The notes under the pieces were generated by a model. It was not told the DNA's origin, made no database searches, and saw only the letters and a list, made by a program, of their open reading frames with translations. Below, in pieces: positions 1 through 10,476 of a stretch of 64,000 bases of DNA. The DNA comes from an uncultured delta proteobacterium (GTDB lineage Bacteria > Myxococcota > B64-G9). Numbering within the stretch: the stretch's first letter is position 1; each line of letters starts with the position of its first letter. Location: NCBI GenBank assembly GCA_963754925.1, contig CAVWHX010000004.1, forward strand, positions 96,001-160,000. Direction: 5' to 3'. Position numbers and translations under genes: made by a program.

Positions 1-999
1 GGCCACAATCACGTGTCGTTTTCCTTCCAGCATCAGGGGATCGGCGTTGACCTCAAGCCAGAGATGCACTTCGCGTCCATCGACCGAAACAACTGTTTCC
101 GTTTCAACATCATGCACCGGCTGTCCGGAACGCAACACCGACTCGAATGCGCCGCGCAGACTGCATGATTGGCAATGTGGCGTCCGTCCGCAGCCGCCAG
201 GATCGCCGACGGCATGGACGCACCCAATGAGGTTACCCGGTTGATCGCCGGTGAGCACCGACACCTCTTTTCCAACCCAACGAGAAACCGCGTTATTGAC
301 CCTTCGAACGGTCCCCGTTTCGTCGACCAAGAGCATACCCACATTGACCAAGTCGAAAACCGCCTGCAAATTGGATCGCTCTTTGGCCAGCGACTCTTCG
401 GCCTGCGTGCGGTCGATGACTTCCGCCTGGAGCAACGCGTTGGCGGCCTCCAATTGTTCGGTGCGCTGGTTGACCAACTCCTCGAGGTGATTGCGATGCT
501 TCAGGAGCTCCGCTTCGACGTGCTTGCGCTCGGTGACATCGATACCCATTTCCAAGATGAGGGTGGAGCCGTCAAGGTCGGCGAAGGGAAAGTCGGAGAT
601 GTAGTAGTTGCGGCTATCCGGGCCGGTCCACTCCCACTCAAGGGGTGTCATGGTCTTTAGAACCTTGTAGGTTTCGCAAACTTCGCAGGGCTCGCTACGA
701 CCGAATAGATACTCAAAACAGCGCTTGCCGTGAGATTCGCCGAAGCGCTCGCGGAAAAAGCGGTTGGCAAAGGGCACGTGGTAATCCGGTGTAAGCAGTA
801 TTACATACGCCGGTAGCACGTCCAGGACATCCATGAACCGCCGTCGTTCGGATGCCAGCGCGTCGATGGTTTTTTGCAGCTCCGTCGTGCGGGCCAACAC
901 ATCACGATCGTCGGCGCGTGGTTGTTTACGGCCAGGAGCGCGGCCCTTGCTTTGAGCGTTTTTCTTTCTTGGTTTTGTTGTATTCCGCGAGATCGCCAC
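1..999 (-). CDS. PAS-domain sensor protein (probable histidine kinase), 5' part only; runs off the left edge
   Basis: Absent from the ORF track because it has no stop in the window. Manual translation: GTG at 997-999 after an AAAGGAG RBS; ...LDVLPAYVILLTPDYHV...CFEYLFGRSEPCEVC...LILEMGIDVTERK..LEELVNQRTEQLEAAN..., i.e. PAS/PAC motif plus signalling coiled coil, then a second PAS-like domain. Confidence 0.8.
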   Translation of the reverse strand, partial: MAISRNTTKPRKKNAQSKGRAPGRKQPRADDRDVLARTTELQKTIDALASERRRFMDVLDVLPAYVILLTPDYHVPFANRFFRERFGESHGKRCFEYLFGRSEPCEVCETYKVLKTMTPLEWEWTGPDSRNYYISDFPFADLDGSTLILEMGIDVTERKHVEAELLKHRNHLEELVNQRTEQLEAANALLQAEVIDRTQAEESLAKERSNLQAVFDLVNVGMLLVDETGTVRRVNNAVSRWVGKEVSVLTGDQPGNLIGCVHAVGDPGGCGRTPHCQSCSLRGAFESVLRSGQPVHDVETETVVSVDGREVHLWLEVNADPLMLEGKRHVIVA

Positions 1000-1148
1000 C
1001 ACACGGCTCCTTTAGCCATTGCTTGAAACACCGCACTAAAAAAGACAATGCGAGAGTAGCTCAATTTTTCAGGCAGTTGTCAATAACGGTATGGGCTGGT
1101 TGGATAAAACCGTTTTGATGACGTTAAAAAGCAACGTTTGTCAGGTCG

Positions 1149-1835
1149 TTAGGATTTTATAGTCACCAGCACATTGAGATCGATGCCCGGCAGGCCGATG
1201 TCACCGAGAGAAAGCTTCACCATTATTCCGTCTGCAACGCCCGAAGGAATGGATATTTTTATGTCGTCGTATTCAACGACCTGACCATAACCTTGACACG
1301 TATCACACGAGAGTAGGCCCAAAAACCCGGCGCCATTGCAATTGACGCAGGTTCGCTCCACCGGAATTTTGAGAGGAATAGATCCGCCGCTCATAGCCTC
1401 GGCCGGACTGAGAACCAACTCCACATACAGATCCTTATGACGGGATGCCCCCCTCCCCTGGGTAAAAAACCCGGGAACCCAACCTTCGAAGAATTCGTCT
1501 AATTCTGCAAAAAGCCTGCTTTGCTCGTGTCTTCGGCGCATGGGACTACCCAGGTCCATCATCGCCGGAGCCCGATATCTGGGCCGGACCATCGTTTCCG
1601 CCTCAATCTCAACCTGACGGGTCGGTTTTTGCACTCGCAGGTTTTTATCGTGCTGCGAACGCAACTCGGGGTTCGAAAGGACATCGTAGGCGTCTTTGAT
1701 CTCTAAAAACTTCTCCGTCGGTGGTTGACAATAATCCGGGTGATAGAGCTTTACTAAACGCCGGTAAGCGCTTTTTACCTGTCGCAAGTCTGCATCGCGC
1801 GAAATGCCGAGGACTACATATAGATTCCTCGCCAT
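1149..1835 (-). CDS. DnaJ-domain protein (J-domain, short Zn-finger, truncated C-terminal domain)
   Basis: NLYVVLGI...YHPD J-domain; CVNCNGAG...CDTCQGYG motifs; ATG at 1835 after GGAGGAGG. Confidence 0.85.
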   Translation of the reverse strand: MARNLYVVLGISRDADLRQVKSAYRRLVKLYHPDYCQPPTEKFLEIKDAYDVLSNPELRSQHDKNLRVQKPTRQVEIEAETMVRPRYRAPAMMDLGSPMRRRHEQSRLFAELDEFFEGWVPGFFTQGRGASRHKDLYVELVLSPAEAMSGGSIPLKIPVERTCVNCNGAGFLGLLSCDTCQGYGQVVEYDDIKISIPSGVADGIMVKLSLGDIGLPGIDLNVLVTIKS

Positions 1836-2235
1836 GGCAAACCTCCTCCGTGCAACCCGGTTCTGATAGCGGCTTAACAAATATTCAAATACTTTAGTAA
1901 GTTACACCATCGCCAGGGTCAGGTATCGATTGTAATAATTAAAAACTCTTTGGCGCTTGTCAAGTACCTTAGATTCTGCCCAACATAGGTAGCGCGGCTT
2001 TTTCTAATAAAAAATGTTTACAATACTATAAAGTTCTGCCATCCTCTTTACGAGATTGCTGGGATTTGGCCCAATGCATGGTTTAGCGATCAATGGGATC
2101 AAGCAACAGCATAAGGAATTTGTGAGGTAGTGTATCGGAAATCGCGTTGGCGGATGACCAACGCACAACCTGATCGCTTTTGTTCAACGGAAATTTATCG
2201 CGTTTCAAAAGTGATCGAAAAAAGGGAGTAGTCTG

Positions 2236-2436
2236 ATGGCGAGTGGAAAAGTGAAATGGTTCAACGATGCTAAAGGTTTCGGATTCATCGAGCAGGAGAA
2301 TGGCGAAGACGTATTTGTCCATTTCTCAGCAATCAAGAGCGAGGGCTTCAAGTCGCTGAAAGAAGGTGACCTCGTGGAGTTTGAAGTCACCAAAGGCCCC
2401 AAGGGCCTTCAGGCCCAAAACGTAACCACACGGTAA
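2236..2436 (+). CDS. cspA: Cold-shock protein
   Basis: [15 protein letters not shown] (RNP1) and DVFVHFSAI (RNP2); 66 aa. Confidence 0.97.
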   Translation: MASGKVKWFNDAKGFGFIEQENGEDVFVHFSAIKSEGFKSLKEGDLVEFEVTKGPKGLQAQNVTTR

Positions 2437-2465
2437 CTGCATAATTAATTTCAATCGCTCATCCA

Positions 2466-2497
2466 AAAGCCGGGCCGCGTGGCCCGGCTTTTTTTTT
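2466..2497 (+). terminator. Rho-independent terminator, possibly bidirectional
   Basis: AAAAGCCGGGCC-GCGT-GGCCCGGCTTTTTTTTT between convergent cspA and DUF2937 genes. Confidence 0.9.
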
Positions 2498-2532
2498 GTC
2501 ACGAGCCATACTGTTGAGCTGGGATTTGAAGA

Positions 2533-3072
2533 TTACGACCTCAGAATGAATTTCTTGGAAAAAGCAACGATTGCCCAACTAATCGCATGATAGATGAGCA
2601 TTCCTACTATCAGACCGATTAATGCGTAAACGATGGTCTCAAGAGTGACCGGAACGCCTGGGGTAAAATTATGGAACGTATTCTTGACGATGCCGGCATC
2701 CAGATCCTTTAGAAAAACGATGAATTTAGTATAGGTACTGGCGGTGTTGAGCTCCTCGAGCGCCCGGGTGAGCACCTTTAGCCGGCTAATGTTCTCCTCC
2801 ATGATCTTACCGGTGCTCACAAAATCGACGACGGCGGAGGTTAAGTGTGTCGCGACAAACTGCTCGAGCGTCTTTCCTGCTTCTGTGGCGGCTTGAGTAT
2901 ACTGTCCGACAATACGGGTCAGTTCATCAACATGGCCTCCCAGGCGCTGCAGGTATTGCGCCATAAACTGCGGTATCTGAGCGAACATGAAAGCACAGAC
3001 GACTGCGACTATTCGGTCGAGAAGCCCGTCAATCACGTTAAACGGAAAGCTTATCACTCGCTTAGTATCCAT
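2533..3072 (-). CDS. DUF2937-family membrane protein
   Basis: QIPQFMAQYLQRLGGHVDEL motif with N- and C-terminal hydrophobic segments. Confidence 0.75.
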   Translation of the reverse strand: MDTKRVISFPFNVIDGLLDRIVAVVCAFMFAQIPQFMAQYLQRLGGHVDELTRIVGQYTQAATEAGKTLEQFVATHLTSAVVDFVSTGKIMEENISRLKVLTRALEELNTASTYTKFIVFLKDLDAGIVKNTFHNFTPGVPVTLETIVYALIGLIVGMLIYHAISWAIVAFSKKFILRS

Positions 3073-3220
3073 CGCCGGACCTCCCTGAGCGCACCACACA
3101 ATGATTCGGTAGTGATTCCTTCCTCATTATATACTGTTATATAGTATCGCACCATGAAGTGGCCAGAACGTGGCTGACTATCCGAAACAGCCGCGTTTTT
3201 CGAAAGGAAGGAGCTCTCAC

Positions 3221-4084
3221 GTGATTGAACGATTTCGATTGGACAACAAGGTGGCGATCGTTTCCGGGGCAGGCCGTGGCATCGGCCGCAGCATCGCGCT
3301 GGCCCTGGCCGAGTCCGGCGGCGCAGTGGTATGCACCGCCAGGACTGTCGCCGAGATCGAGGCGGTCGCAGCCGAAATCCGCGCCCAGGGGGCACGGGCC
3401 ATCGCCATCCCGTGCGATGTAACCAACGAAGGCCAGCTCGACCATGTGGTCGGCCGCGCCCTCGATGAGTTCAGCGGGATCAACATCTTGGTGAATGTTG
3501 CCGGCGGCAGTCTCCCCTGCCTGGCCCTGCAAACCGACGCAGAGGAATTCGAGCAGGCGTTTCACTTTAACGTCACCTCGGCTTTCCTGCTTACCAAAAA
3601 GGTCGTCCCCGCCATGCTCAGGAGGGCCGACGGCGGCAGTATCGTCAATATTTCGTCGGCCCTGTCTCATTTCGTCGAGGTGGGATTCGTCTCGTACGGA
3701 ACGGCCAAGGCCGGCCTCTCCCACATGACCAGGCTACTGGCCTACGAATTCGCACCGCGGATGCGGGTGCAACGCCATTGCGATGCATCGAATCCTTACC
3801 GATGCGCTGGCGCCGTTTCTTTCGACCGGCGGTTTGCGGGAAAAAATGGAAGAGCTGACGCGGATGGGAAACGACTGGGAACGCCCGACGACGTCGCCTT
3901 GATGGCCCTCTACCTGGCCTCATCGGCTTCGAGCTGGGTAACCGGCAAAATCTTTGAGGTCGACGGCGGCACCGTGGCCTCGATTCAGCCATTAAGGCCC
4001 GGCGCTGTGATCGTTCGTGCAACCTCTCGTCCATGGGAAAGGTCTATCTCAATCCCTCGCGCGCCGCGGCCCTTCTGTGGGTGA
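3221..4084 (+). CDS. SDR-family oxidoreductase with compensating indels near 3770-3870; true 3' end uncertain
   Basis: SGAGRGIG, NVAGG, YGTAK motifs; the expected NAIA...TDAL segment lies in a shifted frame; GTG at 3221 after GGAAGGAG. Confidence 0.85.
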   Translation: MIERFRLDNKVAIVSGAGRGIGRSIALALAESGGAVVCTARTVAEIEAVAAEIRAQGARAIAIPCDVTNEGQLDHVVGRALDEFSGINILVNVAGGSLPCLALQTDAEEFEQAFHFNVTSAFLLTKKVVPAMLRRADGGSIVNISSALSHFVEVGFVSYGTAKAGLSHMTRLLAYEFAPRMRVQRHCDASNPYRCAGAVSFDRRFAGKNGRADADGKRLGTPDDVALMALYLASSASSWVTGKIFEVDGGTVASIQPLRPGAVIVRATSRPWERSISIPRAPRPFCG

Positions 4085-4931
4085 CCGCGGTATATTTCGT
4101 GGCGCTCTGCATCGCGTATGCGACCACGCGAGCATTCCCTCATCTCGACCCGGTGTTGTTGGCCGGGGTCGCCGACCTGGCGGCAACCGTGGTTGTGTTC
4201 GGTTTCAGCATGGTGCTGAATAACTCAAGCATATACGATCCGTACTGGAGCGCCGCACCGATACCGATCACGATCTTCTGGGCATGGCTCGGATTGAAAT
4301 CCCCGATAAGCGTGGTGCGTATCGTTCTGGTGCTGGCGCTCGTTTGTTTTTGGGGAGTTCGCCTGAGTTCCAACTGGGTTCAACGCTGGCAAGGGCTTTC
4401 GGACGAGGACTTCCGCTACGCGACCATTCGCAGCAGGACGGGAAGAATGTACTGGTTGGCGAGTCTCATCACCATTCACCTGCTGCCGACAATATGGTTT
4501 TTGCCGGGCTGCTGCCGCTCTACCCAGCGCTCTCCTCCCGCTCGGAACGAACCTTCGGGGCGCTCGATGTCCTGGCCGCCGCGGTCACCCTCGCGGCCAT
4601 CGTCATCGAGACCCTGGCCGACAGGCAGCTTCGCCGATTTGTGAGCACCCGCCGCGATCCGAGCGCTGTCCTCGATACGGGTCTGTGGGCCCTGTGCCGC
4701 CATCCGAATTACTTGGGTGAAGTTCTATTTTGGTGGGGGCTATTCCTCTTCGGTCTGGCCGCGAATCCGTCCTGGTGGTGGACGTTCGTCGGGGCGCTGT
4801 CGATCACGTGCCTTTTTGTATTTGTCAGCGTGCCCTGGATGGATCGGCGCATGGCGATGGGACACCCGGCCTATGCCGCGCGCTTGCAAAATACTCCGGC
4901 GCTTTTCCCTTGGCCGCGCAAGCACTCGTGA
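4033..4931 (+). CDS. DUF1295 / steroid 5-alpha-reductase-like membrane protein, frameshifted near 4495
   Basis: NNSSIYDPYWS and EDFRY in the first frame; ADRQL...GLWALCRHPNYLGE in the second frame. Confidence 0.85.
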
Positions 4932-4934
4932 TAT

Positions 4935-5543
4935 TCACGCATCGTTTTCGAAAAGCTCCAACAATCCTTCCGCCATGAGCACATAGCCCTGGTCATTGGG
5001 ATGCACCCCGTCGTCGTTATGGAGTACGGAGCCTGATTTCGATAAAGCGCTCGTTGACCAGAAACGGTCCAGCTGCGCCACCGGGACCGAGAGCTGTGCT
5101 CCACCCGAATGATGGCGTCGTAAAACGGCCGGACGATAGCGGCATCGTGTTCGCGTTCGAGCGCACACGACGTTACCAAAATAACGGGCCGCCGGGAGTT
5201 CGAGAACGCGAGCGGCAATCGATTGCATCGAACCTTCGAAGTCTCGCGGATCGACTCCGCTGAAAGCGTCATTAAGCGCAAACTGGACGATGACCAGATC
5301 CGGTTTGAGATCGAGAACGCGGCCAAGCCGCGCAAGCCCGCCGTCGGCGGTGTCGCCCGGTATGCCAGCATTGTGGCGCCTAATCCGGGCGTTGGGATAT
5401 CGATCGCCGAGCATATCGACGAACCTATCGAAAAACCCCCGCTCGACTTCCCAGCCGTAGGTCAACGAATCACCCAGGCCGACGACAAGAAGTTCTTCCG
5501 ACCGCATCATTCGTTCAACCAGCGCTATGATAGCGGTGTGCAT
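4935..5543 (-). CDS. SGNH/GDSL hydrolase, probably with compensating indels near 5100-5190
   Basis: GDSLT, NAGIPGDT, FALND, DGVHPN blocks. Confidence 0.85.
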   Translation of the reverse strand: MHTAIIALVERMMRSEELLVVGLGDSLTYGWEVERGFFDRFVDMLGDRYPNARIRRHNAGIPGDTADGGLARLGRVLDLKPDLVIVQFALNDAFSGVDPRDFEGSMQSIAARVLELPAARYFGNVVCARTRTRCRYRPAVLRRHHSGGAQLSVPVAQLDRFWSTSALSKSGSVLHNDDGVHPNDQGYVLMAEGLLELFENDA

Positions 5544-5693
5544 AAACCCTTTTCTACCAGGCTTTAAGTTCATTGTGAAGATTCCGATGGTGTCTGGTTA
5601 TCTGATAGTGTATAGTACCGTAAAGCTTGATTGGCAGGCTTTTAAAACGGTCTTTCCGCGGTACGGCCACCGCGAACCGCAGGTGAGGTGAAC

Positions 5694-5891
5694 ATGAATC
5701 GCGGGCGTCCAACGGCGAGTAAACGCCAAAAGGAAAAAGAGCGAGAGGAATGGCGGAAGAAAAAGGACGAACGGCGCGCCCTGCGCAAGCAGGAGCAGGC
5801 CAACCGTCCTCCATCTTTGGATGGCGAAGATCCCGATATCGCCGGGATTGTTCCGGGCCCCCAACCAACACCAGATATTTTCAAGAACTAA
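5694..5891 (+). CDS. Small basic hypothetical protein
   Basis: GGTGAGGTG RBS-like sequence; Lys/Arg-rich helix followed by EDPDIAGIVPGPQP. Confidence 0.6.
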   Translation: MNRGRPTASKRQKEKEREEWRKKKDERRALRKQEQANRPPSLDGEDPDIAGIVPGPQPTPDIFKN

Positions 5892-6057
5892 TCGACGAGA
5901 CAGCGGCCGCTCCGGCGTTGTCGCTTCCTTTTTTCCTTAACATAGTATTGATTAGTGCGTAACTGCTGGTTAGTCTGACCCGGCAGAAGGGGCTTGTGCT
6001 GTTTTGATTAAGGAACACCGTGCGTGCCGTCACCGTAGACATAAAGGAGACCGCAAA

Positions 6058-6699
6058 ATGCTTGTGCTTGATTCCCTGGGTGTTGGGCCATTGGCGACAA
6101 ACTGCTACATTGTCGGCGACTCAGACACGCGCGAGGCGATGGTGGTAGACCCCGGCGGACATGTCGGGGCAATCATTAGCGCGCTGGACCGCCACAACCT
6201 GACCTGCAAATGGATTGTCAATACCCACGCGCATTTCGATCATATCGGCGGGAACGGCGGCCTAAAGGAACAAACCGGCGCCGAGCTTATCATCCATGAA
6301 CGCGAGGCGAGCTGGCTCAGCCAATTGAGCGCTCAGGGGCGGATGTTCGGCATGTCCGTCGAGAATTCGCCCCCGGCCGACCGGACGCTAACCGGCGCTG
6401 AAACCTTGACGGTTGGAAAAATCCGCTTGAAGGTGCTGCACACCCCGGGGCATTCCCCCGGCAGCATATCGCTTCTCATCGAAGGCGAGAAAAAGATCAT
6501 CGTCGGCGACCTGGTCTTTGCCGATTCAATTGGCAGGACCGATCTGCCCGAGGGTTCGTTCGAAACCCTGGTCGAGAGCGTTCAAAAGCATATTTTCACC
6601 CAGCCCGACGATACCGCTCTCTACCCCGGACATGGCCCCGCCACGACGGTTGGTCACGAGCGACGCTACAATCCGTTTCTCAACGGCAGTTTTCCGTAA
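6058..6699 (+). CDS. MBL-fold metallo-hydrolase (glyoxalase II-like)
   Basis: THAHFDHIGG, HTPGHSPG, GRTDL, PGHG; ATG after AAAGGAG. Confidence 0.92.
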   Translation: MLVLDSLGVGPLATNCYIVGDSDTREAMVVDPGGHVGAIISALDRHNLTCKWIVNTHAHFDHIGGNGGLKEQTGAELIIHEREASWLSQLSAQGRMFGMSVENSPPADRTLTGAETLTVGKIRLKVLHTPGHSPGSISLLIEGEKKIIVGDLVFADSIGRTDLPEGSFETLVESVQKHIFTQPDDTALYPGHGPATTVGHERRYNPFLNGSFP

Positions 6700-6759
6700 C
6701 CACGTTATCGAAAAACATCTGCGGCGGCTTGGGCGAAGATTGGCTCACCTCCCTGTGTC

Positions 6760-6944
6760 GATGGTGTTGCAAAATGCGTCACCCCCGCGAACCCCTAAAG
6801 GGATAAGAGATTGTACGCCTCGCTCAGCTTCGCTTGCTACAATCTCTAAGGCGGGGGTCCAGCAGACCTTTAAAAAATTGGATTCCAGCCAAGCCGCACG
6901 CCGCTTCCGCGGGAATGACATCCAGATACTTTTACAACATCCTC
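6760..6944. mobile_element. Composite MITE/REP-like element, copy 1
   Basis: Imperfect TIRs GATGGTGTTGCAAAA ... TTTTACAACATCCTC; near-identical inverted core shared with 17730-17973; lies between convergent genes. Confidence 0.75.
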
Positions 6945-6981
6945 GGTGTCTGCAGGAATGGCCGCAACCAAGCATAATTCC

Positions 6982-8601
6982 TCACGCGCGTTCCAGCGAA
7001 AGCAGATCGGCCAGCTCAGTTCGATATTTGTCGATTTTCAACAAAAAAGTGCTGCGTGCAATGCCCAGCATTTTGGCGGCGCCGCTGTGGTTGCCGTCGT
7101 TGGCGGAAAGCGCCTGGCGAATGGCCTCGATCTCGACCTCGCGCAGGGTCTTGCCTTGCTGGTATACCCTGCGTTCCGAGATGCGTTCGGCCAAGGTGGG
7201 GGGGTGAAAGCTGAGATGTTCGGTTTTGATTTCCTCGCCGGGGCAGAAGATTGCCGCCCGGGTAATGATGTTTTTCAGCTCGCGTATATTGCCCGGGAAA
7301 CGGTACGTGCTCAGTTGCTTGAGCGCCTGCGGGTGGAGACCGCGTTTACCGATCTCGCGCGTGGCTTGCGAGAGAAAAATGTTCGCCAGCAGCGGGATAT
7401 CGGCCGGCCGTTCGCGCAGCGCCGGCAACTTAATCTCAAGCACGCAGATACGATAGAACAGATCCTCGCGAAATTCCCCGGTAGCGATGCGTGACTTAAT
7501 ATCGCGGTGCGTGGCGACGATCACCCGCACATCCACTTGCTGCGCAGTGTTGCTGCCGACTCTGCGGATCTCGCCGTTCTCCAAGACGCGTAGGAGTTTG
7601 GCTTGGAACTCAATCGGCAGCTCGCCGATCTCGTCGAGAAAGAGCGTTCCGCCATGGGCCTCCTCGAATAGCCCGATGCGGCGGCTCTGGGCTCCGGTAA
7701 AAGCGCCTTTCTCATGGCCAAACAGCTCGCTCTCGAGCAGTTCCCTGGTCAACGCCGAACAGTTGAGCGGCAGGAGCGGCTTATCAACCCGACGACTGAG
7801 GCGGTGGAGCTCCCGGGCCGCCAGCTCTTTGCCCGTACCCGACTCGCCGGTGATGAGCACCGTTTCGTCGCTCGGGGCGGCGCGGCGGATCAAATCGAAG
7901 ACCGGTTTCATGGCGGGGTCAACGCTTTGCATAGCGCCCAGGCCGACCGGCTCAAGGGCTTCAGCCGAGGTCTCGATCTGCAGGCGCACCCGCCCAATGG
8001 TAAGCTGACAGCCCGGATCGAGACGCGCCTCGCTCACGCGCACGTTGTTCACCATGGTGCCGTTGGTGCTGTCCAAATCGGTGATGAACCAGGCATCTGC
8101 CTTGTGATAGATGTGGCAGTGAAACCGAGAAACAAAGCCATCCCGTATGATCACATCGTTGGCGGCATCCGAGCCGATGGACAGTTTACCGCGCAGCGCG
8201 ATGCGCAGGGGTTTTTGTTCGATGCTGCCGATCAGCCACCATTCGCCTGTTTGCTTAATGGGCGGCATCGATTCGGTTACCCCGCCCGCCGTGGTCAGTG
8301 AGAGGTTTTCGCCTTCCCGGCGCTCGCGCAGCGTTACCTGGAGTTTGCCGAATTCGAGTCGCGAACCCAGGTTAAGCGATACCTCTTTGTAGCGCTTGCC
8401 GTCGACGACGGTTCCCTTGCCGGAACGATCCAGCAGCCACGGTGTTCCGTGACGCATCTCAATCTGGCACTGCTGGCGGGAGACGGAGGCGTCCGGCACG
8501 GCCAAGTCATTGGTCTGCGCCCGGCCGATGCGAAACGACGCGCGCTCCAACGGCACGGCGATCAGATCCTTGCCTCCTCGCGAGACAACGAGCTCCAGCA
8601 T
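6982..8601 (-). CDS. Sigma-54-dependent transcriptional activator with two FHA domains
   Basis: IGRAQTND...VSRQQC and IGSDAAND...VSRFHC...STNGT (FHA x2); [23 protein letters not shown]-terminal Fis HTH. Confidence 0.93.
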   Translation of the reverse strand: MLELVVSRGGKDLIAVPLERASFRIGRAQTNDLAVPDASVSRQQCQIEMRHGTPWLLDRSGKGTVVDGKRYKEVSLNLGSRLEFGKLQVTLRERREGENLSLTTAGGVTESMPPIKQTGEWWLIGSIEQKPLRIALRGKLSIGSDAANDVIIRDGFVSRFHCHIYHKADAWFITDLDSTNGTMVNNVRVSEARLDPGCQLTIGRVRLQIETSAEALEPVGLGAMQSVDPAMKPVFDLIRRAAPSDETVLITGESGTGKELAARELHRLSRRVDKPLLPLNCSALTRELLESELFGHEKGAFTGAQSRRIGLFEEAHGGTLFLDEIGELPIEFQAKLLRVLENGEIRRVGSNTAQQVDVRVIVATHRDIKSRIATGEFREDLFYRICVLEIKLPALRERPADIPLLANIFLSQATREIGKRGLHPQALKQLSTYRFPGNIRELKNIITRAAIFCPGEEIKTEHLSFHPPTLAERISERRVYQQGKTLREVEIEAIRQALSANDGNHSGAAKMLGIARSTFLLKIDKYRTELADLLSLERA

Positions 8602-8760
8602 ATGCGGCTTTCCTCCTGCAGGGATCGACAGGCGCACCCTATCGGGCATACCCTGGATTGTCAATGGCGGAGTGACTGGCGTGTAGACAAAACGACGTCA
8701 CCGGTTGCGAGCGCCTGATGGATGGTACGACTCATCCTCAATGACAAGAAATTGTCCACA

Positions 8761-8803
8761 GGATAAGAGATTCTAGCTTCGCTGTGCCCGCAAGAATCTC
8801 TAA
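8761..8803 (-). repeat. Stand-alone TTAG hairpin repeat
   Basis: Minus strand TTAGAGATTCT-TGCGGGCACAGCGAAGCT-AGAATCTCTTATCC; same ends as the copies at 6790, 12176 and 17869. Confidence 0.7.
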
Positions 8804-8836
8804 ATAAGCGTCGCTTCTCATGTTACAATCCGTAGG

Positions 8837-9718
8837 ATGAAGCGTTCCCAATCGCATCCAGGCTGGTGGGTGGTGGGCAGCGCGTTGATCGCTTTCTGGC
8901 TTTCCGTTATGTGGCTGATGTTTTGGCCCGGACGGAATGCGCTGGCAACGGTCGAGTTGTCGTTCTCGGGAACGGAGTTGTTGACCCCGGAAGACGAATG
9001 GCTCGGGGTTTACAGCGCGGGAAAGAAGCTGGGGTACGTGCACTCCACCTTCCGGCGCGACGGCCGGCAGGGGCAGCTCCGTCAGGAATCGCGCCTTTGG
9101 TTTAACGTGACCGCTGGTGTGCTCCAACCGGTGCATTCCGATCTTACGCTCAAGCTCGGTGAACGTGGAGATATGGACAGCTTCGATTTCAACCTTTATG
9201 CCGGGGCGCTTCAAATTGCGTCGCGCGGCCACCTCACCGCCCAGGGCCTTTCGGTTGAATTTGAGGCGGCGGGCGAGACTATTCGTAAAACGCTTCCGCT
9301 CACGACAAAACCGGTATTCGACATAGCACTGCCGCGTTTGCTCGCCCGCCAGGACCTCCGTCCCGGCAGCCGTTTTCAGATCAAGCTCTTTGATCCCCAA
9401 ACGCTTTCCAACCAGCCGACGGTGATTGAAGTCGTCGGCCGGGATGCAATTACGGTCGACGGCCGGTTAGTGGCGGCCATTCATCTTCGCCGCAGCCAGC
9501 CTGAGCGCAGCCAGCCGGTCCTTATCCCGGCCGGCACGGAGCAAGAATTCTGGATCGATGAAGACGGACGCTTGCTTCAGGAAACCATCTCCTTGGGCTT
9601 GACACTCCGGCGGGAAAGCGAGGCAACCGCTACGAGCGGCATCGCGACCGATGGTGTGCCGCTGCCCCATCTGCCGTTGCCGGCCGCGCCGCCATCGATC
9701 ACGAAGGGCACCGAATGA
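8837..9718 (+). CDS. Membrane-anchored/exported hypothetical protein, first gene of an ABC operon
   Basis: N-terminal TM segment, WLGVYSAGKKLGY, FDPQTL; ATGA overlap with the ABC ATPase gene. Confidence 0.7.
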   Translation: MKRSQSHPGWWVVGSALIAFWLSVMWLMFWPGRNALATVELSFSGTELLTPEDEWLGVYSAGKKLGYVHSTFRRDGRQGQLRQESRLWFNVTAGVLQPVHSDLTLKLGERGDMDSFDFNLYAGALQIASRGHLTAQGLSVEFEAAGETIRKTLPLTTKPVFDIALPRLLARQDLRPGSRFQIKLFDPQTLSNQPTVIEVVGRDAITVDGRLVAAIHLRRSQPERSQPVLIPAGTEQEFWIDEDGRLLQETISLGLTLRRESEATATSGIATDGVPLPHLPLPAAPPSITKGTE

Positions 9719-10476
9719 TTCGCATCGAAAACCTCTCAAAACGCTTTGGCGCTTTTACCGCGCTCAACAACCTCAACCTGGAGGTCCGGCCGGGCGAGGT
9801 CTTCGGTTTCTTGGGCCCCAACGGCGCCGGCAAGACCACCACGATGAAGATCATGGTCGGGCTTATGCGTCCGAGCGCGGGGCGCGTGCTCATCAACGGC
9901 ATTGACGTCGGCCGCGATCCGATAGCCGCCCGACGCCTGATCGGCTACATTCCCGACCATTCTTTTTTGTACGAGAAACTCACGGCGCGCGAGTTCCTGG
10001 CCTTCATCGCGGGGCTGTATGATTACAAGCCGGCGGAGGGAGTGTCGCGCGCCGATCAGTGGCTGAGGCTCTTCGATCTCAGCGCATGGGCCGACGAGCT
10101 GATTGAGAGCTACTCGCTCGGGATGAAGCAGCGGCTCGCCATGGCGGCGGCCTTGCTGCACCGCCCGAAGGTTATCATTGTCGACGAGCCTATGGTCGGT
10201 CTCGACCCGCAGGGGGCGGTGCTCGTCAAGGCGCTCTTTCGAAAACTGTGCCAGACCGGCCAACAGACGATATTTCTATCCACCCACCTGCTGGAGGTCG
10301 CCGAGGATTTATGCGATCGGGTGGCCATACTGCACCGCGGCCAGGTGGTTGCCCAGGGCAGCATTGAAGCCATCCGCACGCAGGTCGGCGCAACCGGAGG
10401 TCGGCTGGAGGACTTGTTTTTACAACTCACCGGCGCGCTGGACGTCGAGGCGGCCGTCAAGGTCTTTCAACCGTGA
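9715..10476 (+). CDS. ABC transporter ATP-binding protein
   Basis: GPNGAGKTT, YSLGMKQR, IVDEP, STH. Confidence 0.95.
   Translation: MIRIENLSKRFGAFTALNNLNLEVRPGEVFGFLGPNGAGKTTTMKIMVGLMRPSAGRVLINGIDVGRDPIAARRLIGYIPDHSFLYEKLTAREFLAFIAGLYDYKPAEGVSRADQWLRLFDLSAWADELIESYSLGMKQRLAMAAALLHRPKVIIVDEPMVGLDPQGAVLVKALFRKLCQTGQQTIFLSTHLLEVAEDLCDRVAILHRGQVVAQGSIEAIRTQVGATGGRLEDLFLQLTGALDVEAAVKVFQP

Noticed and set aside
169..660. 163-aa plus-strand ORF
   Set aside because: It is the antisense shadow of the PAS sensor gene on the minus strand.
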